DNA of 60,054 nucleotides from Fimbriimonadales bacterium. GTDB taxonomy: Bacteria > Armatimonadota > Fimbriimonadia > Fimbriimonadales > Fimbriimonadaceae. A model generated the notes under the pieces. It was not told the origin of the DNA. It saw only the letters and a program-made list of their open reading frames with translations, and searched no databases. Within the stretch, counting starts at the first letter, position 1. Every line of letters begins with the position of its first letter. The stretch covers positions 1 to 60,054 of the forward strand of contig JBBREX010000001.1 in assembly GCA_038225245.1 (NCBI GenBank), written 5' to 3'. Positions 8,372 through 15,837 of the stretch are shown one piece after another. A program made the position numbers and the translations under genes.

Positions 8372-9709
8372 TCAGTATCCCGACGGCGATATTTGTGGCG
8401 TTGAGCCCGCTTGCTTATGCATCCTCTGATAATTAATCCCTCGCTCGACCACCTGCCCGTGCTCCTTGGGATATAAGTACAAGCCGCGTTCGTCGTCGGG
8501 CTTGTCTTCCTCGACTGGAATGCGGTGCGCGTTGGCGAAAGCGTCATGTCGGGTGCCGGTGACTTGCCAGGATACAGTGACTCCAGGCGAGCTCGTGCGG
8601 ATCATGAACTGATTGGTGGTGATGCGTCTGACCACCTTCGCTTGCACGAAGGCGTCGGTATTCTGGTCGTCAATCACCGTGAGCTGATAGCGAAAGTCGC
8701 GATTCAGCGCCTCGAACCAATCGGGCATCGTGATCGTGGCATAGCCCCTCGCATCTGTCCTCACCACGCCGTCATAGATGTTCTTCATGTCAGGCGATTC
8801 GACGAACGAGTGATAGAGATACTTGTTCTCCGGGTCGAGCGGGTGGTCTATCTTGAACGATCCGCCGCCCTTACTAAGCGTTCCCGTGATCGCTACCTTT
8901 CCGTTGAAATAGCCGGCAAAATTGGTTGATTGCGGCGTTTCGCCATAGATCGCGTAGCCTACTCCCTGTCCTGAATTGATATAGCCAGACACCGCCTTGC
9001 CGCCAGCGCCTTCACAAAGTGCATCAACTGCGGTGGAATTTGGGCCAGGAGCCCAGGCAAAAACCCCCGAAGCGGAGTTTCCAGACGCTGCTGCGAGGAC
9101 TCCAATGCCAAACCGCGCGTTGGTTTCTGCAAACACGGCGCCCGTGGATACGAAAGGATAATTGGTTATCCCGCCAAGCACTGCGTGGAAGCTATTTCCG
9201 GTGGTGTCTCCATTGAATACATGGGCCACGTAGTCTGTTGCGCTACCGGTAACAGACAGAAGGTGTTGTGGCGCCGATGTCCCGATGCCCACAAATCCGC
9301 CTTGAGCAATGTACAGCCGATCTGAAGACGAACCAACTTCGCGAATGGAGAAATCGTTAGTGGCGTTCTTGCTGACTGACCAGTAAGGCGTGCCACGGTC
9401 GTTCAGGCGCAAGGTCGAGAATTGCGGGGCGGTTAGGCCGGAGTTGACCGCCAGGACGCAGGTGCTATCGGTTTCCTGGGACACTGTCAGGCGATTCGAT
9501 GGGTTCGTGGTGCCTATGCCGACTTTGGCGCCGAACAGTCCGGTGCCCGAGATGTTGATGTTGCCATTTTCGGTATTTCCGGGTGTTGTGCTTTGCAAAT
9601 GCACATACGGCAGTGCCTGCACGCCCTGCGAATGCGCGCGGCGGGACATGATGACGAGGCTCGATGCGATCAGCACCGAGCAAGCAAGCAGAATGACGCT
9701 TTTCCTCAT
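8372..9709 (-). CDS. Secreted tail-fibre-like protein, paralogue 1 (conserved C-terminal IDHP-LDP-ENKYL domain)
   Basis: It has a signal peptide (MRKSVILLACSVLIASSLVIM), an N-terminal YVHLQSTTPGN..GNINISGT motif and a GIGTTNPSNRLTV motif typical of tail-fibre-like proteins. The C-terminal roughly 150 aa is homologous to the C-termini of the next two genes. Confidence 0.8.
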   Translation of the reverse strand: MRKSVILLACSVLIASSLVIMSRRAHSQGVQALPYVHLQSTTPGNTENGNINISGTGLFGAKVGIGTTNPSNRLTVSQETDSTCVLAVNSGLTAPQFSTLRLNDRGTPYWSVSKNATNDFSIREVGSSSDRLYIAQGGFVGIGTSAPQHLLSVTGSATDYVAHVFNGDTTGNSFHAVLGGITNYPFVSTGAVFAETNARFGIGVLAAASGNSASGVFAWAPGPNSTAVDALCEGAGGKAVSGYINSGQGVGYAIYGETPQSTNFAGYFNGKVAITGTLSKGGGSFKIDHPLDPENKYLYHSFVESPDMKNIYDGVVRTDARGYATITMPDWFEALNRDFRYQLTVIDDQNTDAFVQAKVVRRITTNQFMIRTSSPGVTVSWQVTGTRHDAFANAHRIPVEEDKPDDERGLYLYPKEHGQVVERGINYQRMHKQAGSTPQISPSGY

Positions 9710-9773
9710 GCGAGGACCTCCTTTTCAAAAAACAAGACTCGAATTCAATATATCACGAGTTCAATGGGCCTGC

Positions 9774-11649
9774 TCATTTAGGTTGGTGTTTTTCGAAACG
9801 ATAATTCGTACCCAACTCCTTCGGCGCGCCATAGAGTTCAGGGTGCTGATATGTGCCGCACTCATGATCGGGCTTGTCTTGCTCGACCGGCGCGCCATAT
9901 TTCTGAACCCAGCGGTCGTTGCGTACTGCCTCGACGCGCCACGACACTTCGACTCGGGGCGCGCTCGTCATGATTTCGAAACGGTTGTTCCTAATCTTCT
10001 TCGCAATCTTGACCTGGACGAAGCCTGGCCCCTCCGAATCGTCGATAACGGTCAACGAGTACTTGGGTTCCTTGTTGATCTCTCCAAAATAGTCGGGCAG
10101 GTGCACCCAGGCTTTCCCGTTTTGATCGGTCGTCACATTACCGGCATAGACGTTCAGGGGCTCTGGGCCCTCTGAGCAGTAATGAAGCAAGTACTTGTTC
10201 TGCGGGTCGAAAGGATGGTCGATGCGGAACGACTTGGTGCCGCTGCCGCCCATTCGGCCATAGGAGTAGACGCCGTAGGCGTTTACGTCGGCGCTATTGG
10301 TCCGGCCGAACACGCCGATAGTGGGGCCGCTGCTTGCGAGGGCCCAGCCGGAGACGCCACTTCCGAACGTGCTGTAGCTATCGCCGAGCACGCCGGAGGT
10401 GGTTGCGGTGCCGTTGGTGGCCAAGCCGTATACGCCAGTACCGCGGTCGCCGTCGCTCCGCCCGTACACGCCCTTTCCGCCACCGAAGACCGCGGTGGCC
10501 CAGCCGTAAGACGCCGTGGCCGGTAGTGCTGTTGCTCTCGCCGTAGACGCCAAAGGAGGTGCCGCTGCCGGTCGTATCAGTGGCCAAGCCGTAGACGCCG
10601 CGCCCGTCCGTGCTGCTACTCTGGCCTTTCACCCCGTAGGTGGTGCCCGTGCCGGAGGTGGCCGAGCCGAAGACGCCGCGACCGTCCTGACTGTTGCTCA
10701 GCCCGACCACGCCGTACGTGGTGCCACTACTTGCAATAGCGAGGCCCTCAACGCCTGTCCCGGATGTGCTGTTGCTCTGTCCGTACATGCCATAGGTGGT
10801 GCCCGTGCCGGCGGGGGCGAAACCATAGACGCCGGTGCCGGACGTGCTGCTGCTCCGACCATAAACGCCCGTTGTGACGCCGGTGCCGGTAGTGGCCGAG
10901 CCCCAGACACCCGTCCCGGCAGTGCTGTCGCTCCGCCCGTAAACGCCAAAGGTGGCGCCCGTCCCGTCAGTCGCCTTTCCGATGACTCCGTATCCGCTAT
11001 TGCTTTCGCTCTGTCCGAATACGCCTATGGTGGCTCCGGTACCTCTGGTTACCCAGCCATAGACTCCGCAGCCGGAGTCGCTGTCGCTCTGGAAATATCC
11101 GCCATAGGTGTTTCCAGTGGTCTGGAAGGCCCAGCCGAAGACGCCGCGGCCGGACGTGCTGTTGGTCTGGCCCTTCACACCGCTGTTAATGCCGATCATC
11201 TTGGTTGCCGAGCCGAGGACCCCTGTCCCATCCTCGCTGTCGCTCCGCCCATAAATGCCATATGTGACGCCAGTGGCGGAGGTGGCTTTTCCGATGACTC
11301 CAAACCCCGTATCGCTGGTGTTCACACCAGTAATCGTGCCAGCGAGAGGGTTTGAGCCCGAGAGCACAAACGGGTTGGGCAGCCGCGCGATGTTAAGGGT
11401 GCCGACATTGATGTTGGCCGCATCCAGGCCGGTCAACTGGGCGCCTCCGCCTTGAAACTGTCCGGCGATTTGCGTGCCGGTGATATTCGCGTGGCCGGTC
11501 TGGGGCGTGCCGGGCGTGGTGGCCTGGAGCTTTACATAGGCGAGCGATACCACATCCTGCGCCGCACCGGCGTGTGCCCTCATCGCGGCAAACGTGCACA
11601 GGGTCAGAGCAAAAAGAACCGATGCCACATAAATCGAAAAGCGAAACAT
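9774..11649 (-). pseudogene. Secreted beta-solenoid-repeat / tail-fibre-like protein, paralogue 2, split by a 1-nt frameshift
   Basis: ORFs 10378..11649 and 9774..10553 overlap in different frames. The repeat pattern runs straight across if one T of the minus-strand TT at 10508-10509 is removed (..STTGHGV|YGWATAVFGGGKGVYGRS..). It has a signal peptide and YVKLQATTPGT at the N-terminus, and SFRIDHPFDPQNKYL at the C-terminus. Confidence 0.75.
10287..11307 (-). repeat. 13 tandem copies of a 26-aa (78-nt) Gly/Ser/Thr-rich unit, G-x-G-V-x-G-x-A-x4-G-x-T-x-G-V-x-G-x-S-x-S-x2
   Basis: Counted from the translated ORFs. Twelve units are 26 aa and one is 28 aa, giving 340 aa. That equals the 1021-nt span including the extra frameshift base. 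Confidence 0.8.
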
Positions 11650-11774
11650 GGATTACCTCCAATCCCCCGACGGGGTAATCAAAATTGTACGGCAAATTCG
11701 ACAAAATCTGCGAAAGGAATGTCAGAAGGACGGCATGGTTTGTGGCGTCCAAATCTCCTATTGCCCTCTGTAGG

Positions 11775-12243
11775 TCACTTCCCGGATGATTCGGGGCTTA
11801 TGTGGCGATATATCTTAAGGCGCTCTTCCCATGCCTTTTGCACGTCAACCCCGTTCGGCATCACTTCACTCCAGGGATGAAGCACTGGCAAATTCTCATA
11901 CCGCTTGCGCACCGCCTTCACTTCCCAGTCGAAATCATAATGGCCGACTCCATCGCTAAGCTCCCCAACCTCGACACCATCCAAGCCCTTGCGGATGATC
12001 GCGAGGCCCTTCGAATGAATAGACAGGGGCGTAAGCTGCACCGTCATCCCTTTCTCGGCGGCCAGCGAACGGAAGTGCGAGGGCAGCTCGATTGTTGCGC
12101 GGCCGTTCACGAGTGACGCTGTGCCGCGGACATACATTGCCGCCTCCGGTCCCTCGACGCAGGTGTACCAAATGTCGGTTGTTGGGTCTTCAGGGTTCGG
12201 CTCGCGGAAGGCCTTCCGCGAGCCGAACACGACGCCATCGTGC
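11775..12243 (-). CDS. Tail-fibre-like C-terminal domain only, paralogue 3 (N-terminally truncated, no signal peptide)
   Basis: ..YTCVEGPEAAMYVRGTASLVNGRATIELPSHFRSL..VQLTPL..DFDWEVKAVRKRYE.. aligns with the C-terminal domains of paralogues 1 and 2. The rest of ORF 11775..12506 is Arg-rich antisense of a recognisable plus-strand coding remnant. The first plausible ATG is at 12243. Confidence 0.55.
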
Positions 12244-12602
12244 ATTTGCGTATCCGGGGCATGACGCTGACGATCTGCTCGCAGCCGGACATCGTCACCA
12301 TTCAGCCGGCTTCGCGATGCATCGACTCGGAACGGTTGGCGGCGGTCGGAGGGAGACCCATCTCCGCTAAGACTCTGGGGAACCGTCCCGGTTGCGAGTG
12401 CGCGGCGAGCCGGGACATAGGGGACTACGACACGTGTCCCCACGGCTGTGTTTATTGCTACGCCGTCAGATCGCAAGAGCTTGCGGTGAAACGATTCCGC
12501 ATGCATGATCCGGATAGTGAGTTCCTGTTCACCGATTCATCTGATCCCGTTGCGGTGGAGCATCCCTTAGAGGCCCAGCTTCGTCTTTTTGGTGAAGACT
12601 GA
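12240..12602 (+). pseudogene. C-terminal fragment of a DUF1848-family protein
   Basis: ..RCIDSERL..GCECAASRDIGDYDTCPHGCVYCYAV..HDPDSEFL is the characteristic C-terminal Cys motif of DUF1848. Family members are roughly 300 aa in my recollection (not checked against a database). Only about 120 codons are present and there is no room upstream for the rest. Confidence 0.65.
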
Positions 12603-12607
12603 ACCCT

Positions 12608-12636
12608 TTGACGGTGTACATCCGTCTACATAATAT
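12608..12636 (+). promoter_or_regulatory. Sigma-70-like promoter candidate (TTGACG - 17 nt - TAATAT)
   Basis: The hexamers and spacing were read directly. Caveat: the GAGGA Shine-Dalgarno at 12637-12641 would lie at or before the predicted transcription start. Confidence 0.35.
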
Positions 12637-12650
12637 GAGGAATACGACAA

Positions 12651-12884
12651 ATGAGCAAGAAGTCAGTGCATGTGATCCCTAAAGGTGATGGCTGGAAGGT
12701 CAAATCCGCCAATGCCGTGCGGGCCGTGAAGTTGACCAGCACGCAGGCCGAGGCGATTCAGATCGGTCGCCGCATCGCTATGAACCGGGGATCGGAACTG
12801 ATCGTGCATCGCACGGACGGCACGATTCGATCCAAGGACAGCTACGGCAACGATCCATTCCCGCCCCGCGACACAGAGCATTAA
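12651..12884 (+). CDS. DUF2188-family small protein
   Basis: HVIPKGDGWKVKSANAVRAVKLTSTQAEAIQIGRRIAMNRGSELIVHRTDGTIRSKDSYGNDPFPPRD matches the DUF2188 pattern. Confidence 0.8.
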   Translation: MSKKSVHVIPKGDGWKVKSANAVRAVKLTSTQAEAIQIGRRIAMNRGSELIVHRTDGTIRSKDSYGNDPFPPRDTEH

Positions 12885-13046
12885 GGTCTTCCCCATCTTC
12901 CGCGCCTTAGAGAGGTAGCTGCGGCTAGGTTGAGTCCGTCTAAAGCGAGCGAGTGGTCGTGCTGACTGCGGGCTGTTTTCTGCCGAAGTCATGTTTTTGT
13001 CGCGCCTTCATAAACGCGCTCATCGTCCTGATGCTTTTCTCACGTT

Positions 13047-13066
13047 CTGTTTCATCACTGAAACAG
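13047..13066. promoter_or_regulatory. Perfect palindrome CTGTTTCA-TCAC-TGAAACAG, candidate operator
   Basis: The arms are 8 bp each. It lies about 50 nt upstream of ATG 13118, which is preceded by the GAAGGAG Shine-Dalgarno. Confidence 0.4.
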
Positions 13067-13117
13067 ACCCCGAACCGGCCTTAGCGCTGGTGACAGGGAG
13101 TTGAGAAGGAGAACAAG

Positions 13118-13786
13118 ATGAAGATACTTCAAAGTGAAGGGCACGATGACCGCGCCCGCGACGCCATTCTTCGAATATTACACGGCCACCTTCGCTCTTC
13201 GCGCGGCATGCGACGAACCGGGCTCGGGTTCAGAGACATATGCACGCGAATGAAAGAGCGCGGGGGATTTAAGCAACAAGACGTTGCTCGAAATCTCCCC
13301 TACCTCATTGACATCGGTTGGGTCGTGGAGGACGTTCAGAATCGAGCATTTACGACACCCCAAGGGACACTGCGATCAGCTGAGCAGCGCCGTTACCGCC
13401 TCTCTGCGCAAGGCATAGAGCATTTCGAGGGCGCCTCGGTCTATTCCTGGAGCCCGACGAAAATTCACGGCGTTAACGTCAGCGCTATTAATAGTGTCGT
13501 CGCCCTCGGTGAAGGAAATGTCATTAATGCCAACTTGACAGGTCTCGCACGAGATGTTGCGAAGTTAATGGAGGGAGTCCAAGGCGACGCGACGCTTACG
13601 GATGAACAGCGCCTTGAATGCCTAGTTGACTTGGCAACGATGCAGACCCAACTTTCTAGACCACATCCCGCACCAGCCGTGTTGGGAACAGTGTGGAAGT
13701 CGGTGGAAGCGGTGAGTATTGCCGCGGGCCTCATTCCTCTTGTGGAGGCGGTTCGAAACGGCCTTCATGCGACCGGTCTCCTATAG
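13118..13786 (+). CDS. Hypothetical protein: N-terminal winged-helix-like domain plus an uncharacterised helical C-terminal half
   Basis: A strong Shine-Dalgarno precedes the start. The N-terminal roughly 100 aa has a wHTH-like pattern (..FRDICTRM..QQDVARNLPYLIDIGWV..RYRLSAQG). No C-terminal domain is recognised. Confidence 0.65.
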   Translation: MKILQSEGHDDRARDAILRILHGHLRSSRGMRRTGLGFRDICTRMKERGGFKQQDVARNLPYLIDIGWVVEDVQNRAFTTPQGTLRSAEQRRYRLSAQGIEHFEGASVYSWSPTKIHGVNVSAINSVVALGEGNVINANLTGLARDVAKLMEGVQGDATLTDEQRLECLVDLATMQTQLSRPHPAPAVLGTVWKSVEAVSIAAGLIPLVEAVRNGLHATGLL

Positions 13787-13806
13787 ATCGCGCGCCCGCC
13801 GTTCTT

Positions 13807-13833
13807 CAAGCCTCCACTTCCGGCGGAGGCTTG
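13807..13833 (+). terminator. 9-bp GC-rich hairpin (CAAGCCTCC / GGAGGCTTG) downstream of 13118..13786; no U-tract
   Basis: The inverted repeat was read directly. It lies 21 nt after the stop codon. Confidence 0.3.
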
Positions 13834-14134
13834 ACCGGCGGCGGGTCGACAGGATCGAGTGCGACGGTTAAGCCCGATCACCGTCTTCCAAATTGCCGAC
13901 CTTCTTCGCGCTTAGTCATGCCGATTCTATCCGCATATGTCACCGACCCACTCACCCATTCATCCCAAACCTGGTTGACAAAACCGCCACTTCTCTACCA
14001 TAGAGTTGTGGCTAAGAAAATCCGCTTGTCCGATCTTGATGTCCGCGACGACTCCGAGGCGCTCGCCATATGGGAACACGACAAGATGGTCGAGAAAAAC
14101 GAATTGCCAGCCTCATAACCCGCGGTCGGTAGGG

Positions 14135-14659
14135 CTACCGATCCCATATCGTCTGATACTTCTGCAGCTTCCAACCGGTCGCGGTCTTGACCATCAAAAT
14201 CTCGTTCGTTTTCCTGCCGCTCCCGCCCGACCAGGACACGCCGGATGAGGCTTGCTGTGAATCCACCTGCGACCAGCCGTTCTTCAGAATGTAAGGGCGC
14301 ATGGAGGTCATCTTCTGGCCGAGCGCGGCGTAGTGCTCGACATACCCGATCGATTCGTCGCGCACCGATTCAAAACCCTTCCCGGTCGTCGCCTCGCGGA
14401 TTCTCGCTTCGTCCCCCGACTTCAGCGCTGCGACCAACACGTCGAACGCCTCCATCGGAGTCGAGGTCACCGGCCGACGAAGGATGATGATTGCGGAAAA
14501 GGCGGCCACTGCCAGCAGCAAAGTCAACACGCCTATCCACCGCGTGCGCGCACTCCTGGCGGTTGGAATTTTTCCGGCCGGGGTCTCGTTGTCGCCCATC
14601 CTACAATCAGGAACAGCCCCCTCACCCGAGGGGTTCCCCTTGGCTCCTGGTGGCACCAT
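14135..14659 (-). CDS. Membrane-anchored hypothetical protein (single N-terminal TM, small extracytoplasmic domain)
   Basis: The TM segment is WIGVLTLLLAVAAFSAIIIL. The start could instead be the internal MGDNETP at 14599. Confidence 0.6.
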   Translation of the reverse strand: MVPPGAKGNPSGEGAVPDCRMGDNETPAGKIPTARSARTRWIGVLTLLLAVAAFSAIIILRRPVTSTPMEAFDVLVAALKSGDEARIREATTGKGFESVRDESIGYVEHYAALGQKMTSMRPYILKNGWSQVDSQQASSGVSWSGGSGRKTNEILMVKTATGWKLQKYQTIWDR

Positions 14660-14751
14660 TGGCTGGCTTGGCTGACCTTGAATCGCTAGGAGCCTTCTAA
14701 GTTTTCCACACCTTTTCCACCGCGGCTAATGCCCTTTCCGCGAGCGAATCC

Positions 14752-15066
14752 CTATCCGCTGGACTCCTCAGCCCGATCTGCGTTCTTAACGATCTCCCCC
14801 GGCTTAAAGAGAATGCCCTGCAGGATCTTGCGCCACTCTGCCTTCTTTCGCACCAGGAATTCGAGATCCATTCCGAAGTGCTTCATTTCCTCATGTTGCG
14901 CATTCTTCATGATTGCGATCGCGTCTTTATCCTTTTCCAAGGACAACCGTTGTTCGTACCAGCCGATTGCTTCGGCTTCTTCGGTGAGAGAGGCGATCAT
15001 TCTTGCGAACGTGCGCATTTCGTCGGAGAGTTCTGCCGCCGGCTCGTGATATTGGTCGAATCCCAT
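14752..15066 (-). CDS. Encapsulated-ferritin (EncFtn) family ferritin-like protein
   Basis: HEP..LS......SLTEEAEAIGWYEQR......IMKNAQHEEMKHFGMDLEFLVRKKAEW..ILF.PGEI aligns motif for motif with EncFtn (HEP, EExEAxxWYxQR, xEExxH, LEWL). The Glu and Glu-x-x-His metal ligands are present. Confidence 0.8.
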   Translation of the reverse strand: MGFDQYHEPAAELSDEMRTFARMIASLTEEAEAIGWYEQRLSLEKDKDAIAIMKNAQHEEMKHFGMDLEFLVRKKAEWRKILQGILFKPGEIVKNADRAEESSG

Positions 15067-15115
15067 CGTTTATTTCCTTCGACACCGGGGGCCGAGATTC
15101 CTGGGTGAGAAACCT

Positions 15116-15193
15116 CTAACGGCGACCGCGCCAGTAGAATCCGCCACCGCCCAAGAGAATGACGAGCACAACTATGATGAGGATAGTTTCCAT
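15116..15193 (-). CDS. Candidate 25-aa hydrophobic micropeptide (METILIIVVLVILLGGGGFYWRGRR)
   Basis: A hand-translated ATG..TAG ORF, 49 nt upstream of the EncFtn-like gene on the same strand. The TM-like core with a basic tail resembles small membrane peptides. There is no independent support. Confidence 0.35.
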   Translation of the reverse strand: METILIIVVLVILLGGGGFYWRGRR

Positions 15194-15300
15194 AAGTGGC
15201 CTTAGGACGTGCCATCTCGTTTGATCGTTCCCTGCGGGATTGCAGCACGAGCTGTTGATCTCGTACCGATTGGAGCCCTGTTATCATTTGTCGGGCGGTT

Positions 15301-15837
15301 TCACTCGTCCTCGACCTGCGGAAAACGGCCGACATCCGGATCGACGAAGACATTGTCATTGACGTCATCGTTCGCGGTAGAGACCTCGCCGATGATGCAC
15401 TCGGGGGAGGCAGGCTCGAATTCGTGAAAGACGCCGGGCAGCAGGGTTACCCGTTCACCGGGTTGCAGCACCAGTTCAGCGCGGGAAGCCAATGTGATGG
15501 ACAGCCCGTTGCGTTTGAGGGAGACCGGAGAATCGCCTGCATTTGAAGGTAGGCCTGACCAGACGCGAATGCGCAGCTCGCCCCAACGGCAGATGATGTC
15601 TTCCTTTTTGAGGCGATGGGTGTGGGCCGGCGTTACCATTCCCTGACGGGCATACATGAGCTTTTCGCAATATTCGGATTCCTCGGCCAAGTTGAGCAAC
15701 ACGAGCCCGAATCTTCGCCAATCGCCGAGGCCGAAATCGGTGACGTCCCATTTGGGTTCGGGAGGCAGGGCCCAGCCATGTGCTTCGAAGCACCGTGTGG
15801 CAGCCTCTTTTAAGTGCTCGATATGGCTTCGCTTCAT
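15301..15837 (-). CDS. D-lyxose/D-mannose-isomerase-type cupin sugar isomerase
   Basis: ..EKLMYARQGMVTPAHTHRLKKEDIICRWG.. is a cupin metal motif of the YdaE type. The start ATG at 15837 overlaps the upstream stop as ATGA. Confidence 0.85.
   Translation of the reverse strand: MKRSHIEHLKEAATRCFEAHGWALPPEPKWDVTDFGLGDWRRFGLVLLNLAEESEYCEKLMYARQGMVTPAHTHRLKKEDIICRWGELRIRVWSGLPSNAGDSPVSLKRNGLSITLASRAELVLQPGERVTLLPGVFHEFEPASPECIIGEVSTANDDVNDNVFVDPDVGRFPQVEDE

Noticed and set aside
10516-11355. 279-aa plus-strand ORF (Ala/Gly/Arg-rich)
   Set aside because: It is the antisense reading of the 78-nt repeat array. The minus-strand frame carries the signal peptide, the regular repeats and the conserved C-terminal domain.
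13693-14118. 141-aa plus-strand ORF in the convergent spacer, including a possible 67-aa product from ATG 13918
   Set aside because: The first half overlaps the 3' end of the 13118..13786 gene. The composition is Gly/Ser/Pro-rich, with no Shine-Dalgarno or motif. Not callable, although a small gene in 13918-14118 cannot be excluded.
14135-15300. Encapsulin shell gene next to the EncFtn-like gene
   Set aside because: Neither the neighbours nor any other unassigned ORF in the window has the size or features of an HK97-fold encapsulin.
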